64,000 nucleotides of DNA, from positions 8,704 through 72,703 of the IMG/VR virus record IMGVR_UViG_3300032295_003392. One strand, 5' to 3'. The first letter of the stretch is position 1; the number at the start of each line of letters is the position of its first letter. Below, piece after piece: positions 17,401-24,440 of the stretch. The position numbers and the translations under genes were made by a program. Source of the DNA: a virus. Its lineage: Duplodnaviria > Caudoviricetes. The notes under the pieces were generated by a model that was not told where the DNA came from, did no database searches, and worked only from the letters and a program-made list of their open reading frames with translations.

Positions 17401-18657
17401 ATATGATAGTCCTATATTACAATTCTCAAAGTTTCCCTTTTTTACATTTGACACCTTAACATCCGAGTCTTGAATGTAATTGAAACCAAATCCTCTGTTA
17501 TTTGTTATATCCCTATTTTGTAAAACGCTTTTTGTACCACCGGTGATATCAATCTTAGCAGTAAAACTCGTCCTACTCCTAGATTTATTATTCATGTCAC
17601 CAAGGTTCCATTGTCCGTTTACAAAAAATCCTGAATCCCAAGTCGCATTGTCCCACTTAGCAACTCTATCATAAGAGCCAAATACGCCATCTTTATGGAT
17701 TCCTTTAAACACACCATACCTAAAGTTTAATCTTGAAATAACTGGTTGTTTGTATTCTTTATCAAAAACCCAACCACCGGAATTTCCATCAGTTGGGTCC
17801 CATTTATAAACTTGCCTTTCTCTATATGTTTTTCCCTCCAAAGTAAAGTCTTCACCAATCACAACAAATCTAGTTGCTTGTCTAAAACCTGTCTCAGAAG
17901 AACTATCATCCAAATAAACCTCACCAGATGTGAACCCATTGGAAGCAGCAGCCCATAATGAATCTGATTGTTTAACAAAAAGGCTTGGTTCACTGAGTAG
18001 TATTTCAGAAGAGGGACTTACTGAACTTGTTGAACCAGTGAAAGATGTTTCGGAAAAAATCATATTTTGTCCGTATAAATATGTAGCTTGATTTCCCCTT
18101 GAGGCACGATATCCAAAAAACATAGAATACACACCCTCGGAAACAGTGGATTGTGACAAACCGATTCTTAAAGAGTTTATGTAATCAAATTGAGCTTGTG
18201 TCTTTATGTTGTGGATAAAAAATAAATCCTCTAAATTGTAATCTTTATACGGTAGGTCTCCGGTATAATCTATATCTAAAATTATTTTACACCCATCAAC
18301 ACCCAATACTCTATAACCATCAGAAAATTTCTCATATTTATATTTCTGTATAAAATCATCAGAATCATAAAAACCATTTAGAACGAAGACTCTATCCCCC
18401 ACATTGAATTCTGTAGCTAACTCCGAATAGAAAGCGGTTTTATTCTGACCAAAAATATTTACTGGCTCAACATAATTCAACAGTTTTGAAGCGTAGAATT
18501 CATTGCTTACCGTAGTATTTGTTATTGTCGTGGTATTTTGAGTGGCTGCAAGATTAGCAATAAGTTGAAACCCACTGTCCACCAACGGTTTTGAACTTAC
18601 AACTGGAACCTTTGTTATTTTACCTTTAGATATGTTACTGAGATTATTAAGAGCCAT
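11404..18657 (-). CDS. Giant (2417 aa) putative virion protein with W/F-x-x-G-x pentapeptide repeats
   Basis: Uninterrupted ORF rich in N/S/T/G and aromatic residues; repeat blocks such as WENGTWEYG and WMDGTWRNGNWDG; TAATATATA upstream. Confidence 0.8.
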   Translation of the reverse strand: MALNNLSNISKGKITKVPVVSSKPLVDSGFQLIANLAATQNTTTITNTTVSNEFYASKLLNYVEPVNIFGQNKTAFYSELATEFNVGDRVFVLNGFYDSDDFIQKYKYEKFSDGYRVLGVDGCKIILDIDYTGDLPYKDYNLEDLFFIHNIKTQAQFDYINSLRIGLSQSTVSEGVYSMFFGYRASRGNQATYLYGQNMIFSETSFTGSTSSVSPSSEILLSEPSLFVKQSDSLWAAASNGFTSGEVYLDDSSSETGFRQATRFVVIGEDFTLEGKTYRERQVYKWDPTDGNSGGWVFDKEYKQPVISRLNFRYGVFKGIHKDGVFGSYDRVAKWDNATWDSGFFVNGQWNLGDMNNKSRSRTSFTAKIDITGGTKSVLQNRDITNNRGFGFNYIQDSDVKVSNVKKGNFENCNIGLSYSTNIIEQFYENGLTYSVTTDGSRLNFCDVYTTNIANSNISDSIIKDSVVFKSKLVNNQFIDSVMNDTQYISEGGIEILDADIWSYDPTFEPSLANYTRTDFEPIRGVLKLYISDKDFLRLEKGDSLYIEKINKDYFLTNLNSDDRVHLSIENKYLMDLYDDYEIYTTPDTPDRKAVISVSLKPINVNKTKFFVEETTEQVTTEYFHPNVDTINSIQYWERIENYNGNWDEFGVYASGSYVLGLANSIDTIYKYTGFTDSNPIPGSEDLGVIVDYAWKRMGTYSGIYDSTLINTVDDYVLGYEPNDDLNYLYACLNSTEDFTNPGFVDANTFLTDYITAPQIFKKHTTVPNVVNYSSIDIDSDSFGWYLDLNSNKVYKPSSISLGSDFTKLPINDTKSAFEGNYIKVSDIRSGLFINSTWRGGYNQNYFGNIIDNNNGSLNIQYFSDTQLSVYLRNRKYDSTHDTQGFDIKRGDSVWLNSVEYLYGTYSVSLSGRWLVTNTPSRNNTNTIVTITPQFSTESFKQFGATYSIFGAETNTYTTLSKLSIENSTIISGFFKRSSFKNIVFDNPSFNNFDSDLLPNNLNNLRLINIIFKSNNLTINDGVIYKSHFVDGNFNSGIVHSAIWNGGTFSSGIFSSGFWQNGNFLSGRVINSRGMNQGEDYTGESLSFDSNVIWRGWLSGKFQTGEFFNSIWLGGDFLNGKFYYSDFYGGTWVNGTLGRNNLSYKDTTFGHYNYLSIGETQSLWRLGTVENALMGGYGKVYWYNGIFNSGELTSYGATDSNETIWYNGEFNGSRITHLARWKDGTFNNGKFWSYYGWENVGPTNSSSNPTDYSWEAGNFNSGDFGYGGLTANSVWYGGRFISGIFSGRFWNNGYFANGKFFGSGTTSGIISSSSSIYEFDYANSFTTEYYGIWKDGYVLKNLTELPDQEGTNAGQDIEVQIGNQPVQTAFENVLWMGGTFTHDSASIVNSLWLNGSFRRGTFDGGVFNPYIDRDFTGSFSNSTFGENAVWFDGIFKTGSFWYSNWKRGLFKSGYMSGAKWENGTWEYGTAENIFWMDGTWRNGNWDGSPYDFSKVALDATGTYAMIDGREKEIFLKVGDYRAEFIQSTGATLSFTNEPFHMINVFSASAETLVRNDGLTGSSGWTFSQSETYDGLVYTISGGGGFSSPRKASITGSPLLKSTWKIERTFNRVKSTKNGSLEIGGISYLVKVPARVETSRDYNIVTYGGQNSYNLGSLLNGYNIFSRYDPTTFVSLVDVPESVNLYAVTGGTTSFFTQVGQQYTVTLSVAVELAKTVEVEVYVGSLSFSRFALDSDEYHYTKNGQEIYDYYAKIYSLKFSYYVTTDNTVDLSGKQFYISKKSNGILRILNARVTTKIITYHPSLNNILQESVNLIDRTVNLPSTPDVVYQTLSSDGSDVGLKFGNGIFKSGTWENGVWNNGYRSADWFPLTIQDLVRATDVVQSKTYKLNNTTWIITIQLFDGVSRITTTRRISIGNIVSIDINGKRRLLRQSFKVRSINVALNQVTLEFVPNFEIRQIVKDSTNHLIYLTQNIWLNGVFLNGFFQGVWVNGVFRGSPSTTEMFDSHFVDGYFEGGHFKSINIPTSNGLPSYNTGLIQNFIFKDKNLAQAPSNSYQSWIDVVYRTNSSVNLNFDVILYGTSTKSQQIPKKTEAIIPNLNGYATDDVLSSTSYLRNSRTNVVTEYKLGTKGVAYSNKLFNEETGVDYGQFKRPFASNIPSLGLLNLTNNGWTYSVDSITGWNSPHQLNNGGVTEMTVISNLSSTASLGVLDITFPGKISRGRFNIYLKNTFVRNLPENRYYRADVETPKTIPNFNGVYSFDFVDTATQPQQTLVPKNFQSTTSISEYFYNLNNLDITIGVQDILTNQNPDPVIYRTNMNIQLKRIGLYEVDMIPFFKYYPSATASIDLTVKNPIVAVAPIIDYTDTSFDFVGNVDLGIDFRVINNQNRISITPGKSSIANNYSEPFEEIDLGDDVVSEE

Positions 18658-18680
18658 CCGATAATAAATACTTATTTACG

Positions 18681-18689
18681 TATATATTA
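18681..18689 (-). promoter_or_regulatory. TAATATATA motif (candidate late promoter)
   Basis: Exact 9-mer 23 nt before the ATG. Confidence 0.6.
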
Positions 18690-18710
18690 AAGTAAAAGTT
18701 CGACCAGTCT

Positions 18711-19829
18711 TTATTTCGGAACCTTATTAAATTCTTCTTTGTCATTCGATATATAAAAGTTATCGAATAAGAAATATTTATCATATATCTCTCTTATTTT
18801 ATCGAGAGTGACTGTATCAATTATCTCTTTTACATTCCAACCTTTTGGCTGTATCCACCTATTTACATTTGTATATCTGTTTATCTTATCTTTCTCTAAT
18901 TTAATGAGATAAGAATTTTTAATAGTATCAAATCTTTCTTTTGTTAAGAATTTGTCAGGGTTTTTAATAACATATTTAGTAGCATCAACAAGTTTATCAA
19001 CATTTTGTGTAGTTGTTTGTGTTGTAATACTAGTAAATCCTTGATTATTAAATCTTGACTGACCACACCTCACATAATAAACCAAACCACGTTTCTCTCT
19101 GAGCTCAACGTATAGTGGAGAAGACAAACCAAGAGACAACATAGAGTTAATAAAAGTTATGTAATGGTTATCCTCTTGAATGAGAGGGGCTGTCATTATT
19201 AAAGATACTTTATCACCATAGTCAGGTCTTTTTTCCAATATGACATCATTGTGAGGACCCATATTTAAAATTCTATCAAAAGTTAGTTCATTGAACTCCC
19301 CATCATATCTGAATGCGTTTTTTGGAGAGACATTTATTATTTTTGATGGTTTTGAAAATTGTTTCTCAAAAAAATCCAAACCATCCATAAATCTCATTGA
19401 TTCCAAATCCTGTCTTAACCCAATCGCATCATAGTTTTGATAAAGTTTTCTTAATAAATTCAATAAGTGTGATTCAGTTTGGTCACTAAAATAGTCACCA
19501 TATTCCTGCATAACAATCTTTTTTTCATTTTCGAATTGTTCCTTTGTGATGTTAAACTCACTCATCAAATCCATTATCTCATACTTTCTTTTGCTTAGAT
19601 AATCATCCAGACCAGTGAAATAAAACACTATCTCATTTTGAGATGTATAAGCATTCCATTCAATGCCTTCTTTTTCGAAAGTCTCTCTGAGATGTTCAAA
19701 GTTTTTACACATCAAATGTTCCATAAGATGAGATATACCATATATACCCCTATCTTCAAGTAAAGTAGAACCACTATAAACTATGTAAAAACCAGAAAGA
19801 TTTGTTTGACTCTTTAAGTTTACAACCAT
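18711..19829 (-). CDS. M16 family zinc peptidase
   Basis: Inverted zincin GISHLMEHL, WNAYTS, and C-half LYVELREKRGLVY. Confidence 0.9.
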   Translation of the reverse strand: MVVNLKSQTNLSGFYIVYSGSTLLEDRGIYGISHLMEHLMCKNFEHLRETFEKEGIEWNAYTSQNEIVFYFTGLDDYLSKRKYEIMDLMSEFNITKEQFENEKKIVMQEYGDYFSDQTESHLLNLLRKLYQNYDAIGLRQDLESMRFMDGLDFFEKQFSKPSKIINVSPKNAFRYDGEFNELTFDRILNMGPHNDVILEKRPDYGDKVSLIMTAPLIQEDNHYITFINSMLSLGLSSPLYVELREKRGLVYYVRCGQSRFNNQGFTSITTQTTTQNVDKLVDATKYVIKNPDKFLTKERFDTIKNSYLIKLEKDKINRYTNVNRWIQPKGWNVKEIIDTVTLDKIREIYDKYFLFDNFYISNDKEEFNKVPK

Positions 19830-19830
19830 A

Positions 19831-20346
19831 TCAATAAAATGAAATCACGATTTGTTCTGACTCTTCGAATACATCCGCTGTAAATGTTTTTGAAAAATCT
19901 ATTATGGACTTTTTTACTTGTTGTGTATTGAAAGTTTTTTCATTGCTTCCAGATGTTTTTCGTGCAGATATTCCAGAATCAACTATCTCACTTATTTTTT
20001 GAATTTTAAAAACCTCTTTTTCTTCCTCACTCTTTTCAACTTGAGCATTTTCAACATATATTGAAAAGTTAATTAAATCGGTTATTTCTTCAATTGGGAT
20101 AATCACAGAATTTCCCTCTATCTTAGAAATTTTCTTCATTTTCTCAACCATTTTCAATTTATTTGTAAATGTTGAAGAAAACCTTTCGCTCAAAAAATTA
20201 AAAAGAATATTATTGTAAAAAGATTCACAAGTCTTATCAAGGAATTTTTCCTCTGTGATACCCAATCTTTTTAGTTCAAAATCATTCCTACTCAATCCCT
20301 CCTTATAGGCATTTATAAAGGAATATCTATTTTTATCTATAAACAT
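19831..20346 (-). CDS. Hypothetical protein
   Basis: 171 aa; 1-nt gap to the M16 gene; TAATATATA upstream. Confidence 0.65.
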   Translation of the reverse strand: MFIDKNRYSFINAYKEGLSRNDFELKRLGITEEKFLDKTCESFYNNILFNFLSERFSSTFTNKLKMVEKMKKISKIEGNSVIIPIEEITDLINFSIYVENAQVEKSEEEKEVFKIQKISEIVDSGISARKTSGSNEKTFNTQQVKKSIIDFSKTFTADVFEESEQIVISFY

Positions 20347-20363
20347 TTTTTTATTGTTTTTTT

Positions 20364-20372
20364 TATATATTA
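20364..20372 (-). promoter_or_regulatory. TAATATATA motif (candidate late promoter)
   Basis: Exact 9-mer 17 nt before the ATG. Confidence 0.55.
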
Positions 20373-20412
20373 ATAAATATTTTGCTTATTTTTGTACCCA
20401 CAAATCAAAAAT

Positions 20413-21042
20413 ATGAAAATAGCACTAACAGGTAATTATTATTCGGGCCAAGACGAAGTCACATTTCTTCTAAGAGATAAGAACGTTCCAGTGTTCGATG
20501 CTGATGTAGTTTTGAAATACTTTCTGAACTTTTCACCTAAACACATGAATAAGATATCAAGAGTTTTTGGTGAGGATTATTATAGTTACGGTCTACTTAG
20601 ATTGAATCTTTTCAAAACAACAAAAGATTGGGATAGACTCCTGAATGTTGTAGAATATGACCTCCTACAGTGTTATGAAAAGTTTAGAATCAAACACATA
20701 AACTCACCCTACACCGTATTCAAATGTTCTTATCTTTTTGAAAGAAATCTTCAAGATAATTTCGATAAAGTTATCTGCGCCTATAGACCAAAAAGTTATA
20801 GAAAACATGATATAAAAACCTACACACACCTAGACGATACATCTACTGAACTTATTTTATCAACTGAAATGAGTGAACTTTATAAGAATAAAAAATCACA
20901 TTATATAGTCTACAATTATAATCTAACTGGTGATAAATTTTCAGATGTTGTCACTGGTCTAGAAAAAAGAATAGACCAAATACATCGGTCTATTCTTAAA
21001 AGTACATATAGTCCCAAAGACTATGAGGATTTCTATTATTAA
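20413..21042 (+). CDS. Dephospho-CoA kinase (CoaE)-like protein with degenerate P-loop
   Basis: MKIALTG...VFDADVV and YLFE...FDKVICAY follow the CoaE pattern, but the Walker A reads GNYYSGQD. Confidence 0.7.
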   Translation: MKIALTGNYYSGQDEVTFLLRDKNVPVFDADVVLKYFLNFSPKHMNKISRVFGEDYYSYGLLRLNLFKTTKDWDRLLNVVEYDLLQCYEKFRIKHINSPYTVFKCSYLFERNLQDNFDKVICAYRPKSYRKHDIKTYTHLDDTSTELILSTEMSELYKNKKSHYIVYNYNLTGDKFSDVVTGLEKRIDQIHRSILKSTYSPKDYEDFYY

Positions 21043-21386
21043 ACTGTCTTGATAACAATATCCTCACCAGTCTCAGCAATCATCTTGAATGTAGTCAGTG
21101 ATTTTACGATAAGATACCTATCAAGGTCGTTGAAATGTTTTTTGTCATAAGAAACCTGTACAGCATTTACAAGAATGTTCATCGCTGTGGTTGGATCTAA
21201 TGTTTCGGCCTTAATCAATTCCTTGATTTCCTCCATTCTTTCCTTTTCTTCCTCAGTGAGTTTTGATTCGTCAAAGGCTGGATAAGAACCATCTTCGATG
21301 TAATCTGCATTTTCATTTAGGTTTTCAGTAACTTGTTGATTGGTTTGTGTTTCATCCCCAATGTTTTCTACATTTTCAGCATTCAT
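21039..21386 (-). CDS. Acidic hypothetical protein (start moved to MNAEN)
   Basis: The upstream in-frame extension is A-rich intergenic-like sequence overlapping the divergent promoter. Confidence 0.6.
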   Translation of the reverse strand: MNAENVENIGDETQTNQQVTENLNENADYIEDGSYPAFDESKLTEEEKERMEEIKELIKAETLDPTTAMNILVNAVQVSYDKKHFNDLDRYLIVKSLTTFKMIAETGEDIVIKTV

Positions 21387-21417
21387 AAAATTCTTTTTTT
21401 TATTTTTATTTATTTTT

Positions 21418-21448
21418 TTTGGAATGTTTCCCTTTTTTCGTAAATTTG
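21418..21448 (+). promoter_or_regulatory. Bacteroidota primary-sigma promoter (TTTG-N19-TAAATTTG)
   Basis: Consensus match; ATG 4 nt downstream. Confidence 0.7.
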
Positions 21449-21452
21449 TCAT

Positions 21453-22196
21453 ATGAATGTAATTTGCATAAAATCAACCAAGAGGTTAGTAAAAAATGCC
21501 ACCTATAAAGTAGCGAAATTTAGCAATATCAATGCTCAATCAAGTAGATATTTTAGACCTTCAATTACCATTTATCTTTCCGATACTGTTTTCGCAACTT
21601 TCCCATTAGAAAGTTTCAAGCCAACTGTTGGTGATACATTTCAAACTATTAACTGGGTATCTCAAGAATATTCACAATTCTTATCTGAACGTGAGCAAAC
21701 ACAAATAACTAAAGATTTGAAAGCGGGTGAATATGTCGTACCAAAGTATGATTCTCTAAAAACACTAATTAGAGGAAGAAAATATAAAGTGACTGATATA
21801 AAGATTGACAGCCATAAAAACCACGCGGGAGTCGTCACATACAGTACTATAGAAATTAAGTTAGATGGATCTAACAGATATTATAGTTCACACAATTTCA
21901 GAAAATGCACACAACAAGAAATGCGTGAGATTGGACTCAATGAACTTTTTGATGAAAAGAGTGAAACAGAGAAAGTGAATCGATTCAAAAGAAAGTTTGA
22001 TTACTTAACACCAGAAGAAAAAAAGTTAGTTCTTTTAAAACATGTTATCGTTTCAGCCAATGATAGGTTCAGAAATAGTATGGACATTATTGATTGGACT
22101 ATTGAAAAAACTGGTAAAACATATAATCTAAAAACATCAGACTTTGAAGATTTAAAGACACTAACTCTAACAGATATACTTGATATTCTTAAATAA
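21453..22196 (+). CDS. Hypothetical protein
   Basis: 247-aa ORF bounded by a promoter and a terminator. Confidence 0.7.
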   Translation: MNVICIKSTKRLVKNATYKVAKFSNINAQSSRYFRPSITIYLSDTVFATFPLESFKPTVGDTFQTINWVSQEYSQFLSEREQTQITKDLKAGEYVVPKYDSLKTLIRGRKYKVTDIKIDSHKNHAGVVTYSTIEIKLDGSNRYYSSHNFRKCTQQEMREIGLNELFDEKSETEKVNRFKRKFDYLTPEEKKLVLLKHVIVSANDRFRNSMDIIDWTIEKTGKTYNLKTSDFEDLKTLTLTDILDILK

Positions 22197-22224
22197 AAAA
22201 GGGGGTTTAAAACCCCCTTTTTTT
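22195..22224. terminator. Bidirectional rho-independent terminator
   Basis: A6-GGGGGTTTAAAACCCCC-T7 between convergent genes. Confidence 0.85.
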
Positions 22225-23317
22225 ATGCTACACTCAAGAATATTTTTCTTGCTGACCTATCGACAGCGATGACTTTAACCTTGACCTCTTGACCAGATAC
22301 TATTTTCTGGTTGGTTTTATCAATTTCAGATGTGTGAATCAAAGCATTTGTTTCTTCATCCAAAGATACAAGAGCCCCAAAGGGTTTGATATCCTTAACT
22401 TTACCACTTAGGATCTGACCAACTTTGATAGTATCCCAAAGAGTCTCTCTCAGAATTTGTGTGAGAATAATCTTATCCCTGATGATTTCCTTGATGAAGA
22501 ACTCAATAGTCATACCAGGTGTAATCTCACTAATTTGAATACCACTGTTTGGGTTCATATTGGTTTTGTGAATCATACCAGTCAAACATTCATTGAACTC
22601 AACAAATACACCGAACTCAGTGGTCCCAGTTACTTGTCCAACATAAATCTTTCCATGTTCAAGTGCTCTGATTGATTGTGGGATAAGACTTTGTAGATAC
22701 TTTCTACGACTTACAATATAAGTTCCCTCTTCCCTAGAATAAGACTCAATCATCACATCGAATGTCTGACCAATGATAGATTCTGGTTTTGCTAGTTTAT
22801 TAATACCAGCGAGTGTATTTGGCATAAACCCTGGTAAACTCACACCCTCAAACTGAATGTCTACAGAATATCCTGCTGGTGTTGATTCTCTAACATAACA
22901 AACAACCGCTGAACCTTCTTCGAGTTCTGTAAGATTTTTCCTAGCGATTCCCTCATAGAGTTCAACAAAACTAGCTTTGATAAAAAAGTCATCTTCGTTG
23001 ATTTCCGTGATGAAAACATCTAATTGTTCACCAATCTCAGTGTTCTTTAAATAAGCAGCCTCACTCGGTTTATTTTCGATTCTAACAAAATCTTTGAACC
23101 CTCCATCAAAAATAAAATAGTTTTGAGAGATACCCAAATATAAAACCTTTGTCATTTGACCGGCCTGTGGTGGTGTTACCTCATACTGGTCATAAAGTGA
23201 TTGTAGTTCTTCCCTTTCCCTTTCTGTCTTTTTTAACTTTTCGAGTGTTTCAACATCGTTTGCGAATAATTCAGGATATAAATACCTGACATCACCATAT
23301 ACTTTCTTTTTTCCCAT
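22223..23317 (-). CDS. rpsA: Ribosomal protein bS1-like, four S1 domains
   Basis: S1 repeats: GQTFDVMIESYSREEGTYIVSRRKYL, GKIYVGQVTGTTEFGVFVEF and GQILSGKVKDIKPFGALVSL...IHTSEI. Confidence 0.85.
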   Translation of the reverse strand: MGKKKVYGDVRYLYPELFANDVETLEKLKKTEREREELQSLYDQYEVTPPQAGQMTKVLYLGISQNYFIFDGGFKDFVRIENKPSEAAYLKNTEIGEQLDVFITEINEDDFFIKASFVELYEGIARKNLTELEEGSAVVCYVRESTPAGYSVDIQFEGVSLPGFMPNTLAGINKLAKPESIIGQTFDVMIESYSREEGTYIVSRRKYLQSLIPQSIRALEHGKIYVGQVTGTTEFGVFVEFNECLTGMIHKTNMNPNSGIQISEITPGMTIEFFIKEIIRDKIILTQILRETLWDTIKVGQILSGKVKDIKPFGALVSLDEETNALIHTSEIDKTNQKIVSGQEVKVKVIAVDRSARKIFLSVA

Positions 23318-23361
23318 AATTTTAATGAATATTAATCTTTTATGAGAACTCGGTAAAAAGT

Positions 23362-23736
23362 TTATGATTTAAGATTTTTTTTGGATTTTATGTTTTTTAA
23401 ATAGTCTCGTATTCTTATTGCATCTTCATACCTTTCTTCTACTATACAATTCTGTAGTTCATTTTCCAGTTCCTTTATCACATCTTCGTTAAATGATTTA
23501 CCAGTATCAGATTTGGTTATAAGTTTTTTGAAAAAGTCTGTCATTTGGTCTATATTTAAAAAATATACAGATGCCAATTTTGACTCATCTACATCTTTCT
23601 TTTCAAAGTTTTTCAATTTATCAAAAAAATCTTTATTCAAAGCATCGTTATCAATTAAATATTTCGCAAGGTGGTTTGGTCGGTTTATGAAAAACTTCAA
23701 AAATTTAGATAGAGTTTTATATTGTTCTTCCCCCAT
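23362..23736 (-). CDS. Small protein with C-terminal UVR (UvrB/UvrC) motif
   Basis: LENELQNCIVEERYEDAIRIRDYLK. Confidence 0.75.
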   Translation of the reverse strand: MGEEQYKTLSKFLKFFINRPNHLAKYLIDNDALNKDFFDKLKNFEKKDVDESKLASVYFLNIDQMTDFFKKLITKSDTGKSFNEDVIKELENELQNCIVEERYEDAIRIRDYLKNIKSKKNLKS

Positions 23737-23741
23737 CCTTA

Positions 23742-24428
23742 TTATAGTTTTTTAAAGTAAATATTGTAATAATATTTGAATGAGAAATCCTCAGCGTTTT
23801 TCGTTTGTTTAAAAGAAATTTGTACCAATGAATTATCCTCAGTGTATACTGGTGTGAATGTCGTGAATTTATTAGCATCACCTTCTATAAACGGGTCGAA
23901 TATGTTTTTATATTGTAAAGTATTATCACCACACAAATCAACAGGCAGTAAGAAAATCTCTAATTTATCCACAGTATATCTTGAATAGATATTTTTGTCT
24001 ATATAATCAAATATTGCGGTATCTACACTATTTTCCAAAACGTGTTCATTTTTGACACCCTCAAATGTTCTGTATCTTTTCAGAGTAGCAAAAAGATAAT
24101 TCCTCATTATGGTTTTCAAATTTATAGTTAAAACCCACTTTGTTAAATCCCTCTTTTCGTCATCCGTTTGAACACCAAAGGCAAGTCTGTGATTCACATT
24201 CTTATCGATAGTCGCATCATATACAATTTCTGGCAACTCTAACTCGTTGTCCAAATCTCTTTGTTCCCCATTACCAGCTTGATAATAAACTAAGTTATCT
24301 TTTAATATTGACAAAGAATCTTCGATTTCCATCATTTTTGAACCAAAAAACGCACAGTCTTCCCTCATATTTAGTGTTCCATAAACTCTGTTGTAAATAA
24401 ACTCAGGACTGATATAGGTTCTTCTCAT
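23742..24428 (-). CDS. Hypothetical protein, putative virion component
   Basis: 228 aa; tightly packed downstream of the 1443-aa ORF. Confidence 0.65.
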   Translation of the reverse strand: MRRTYISPEFIYNRVYGTLNMREDCAFFGSKMMEIEDSLSILKDNLVYYQAGNGEQRDLDNELELPEIVYDATIDKNVNHRLAFGVQTDDEKRDLTKWVLTINLKTIMRNYLFATLKRYRTFEGVKNEHVLENSVDTAIFDYIDKNIYSRYTVDKLEIFLLPVDLCGDNTLQYKNIFDPFIEGDANKFTTFTPVYTEDNSLVQISFKQTKNAEDFSFKYYYNIYFKKL

Positions 24429-24440
24429 TTGTATAAAAAA

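Noticed and set aside
20387-20394. TATTTTTG as an eighth Bacteroidota promoter
   Set aside because: The -7 box matches, but no TTTG lies 19-21 nt upstream; left uncalled.
21387-21452. Lys/Asn-rich N-terminal extension of ORF 21039-21452, and similar extensions at 33924-34052 and 35576-35632
   Set aside because: These are read-through into AT-rich promoter DNA; downstream ATGs fit the promoter motifs and protein composition better.
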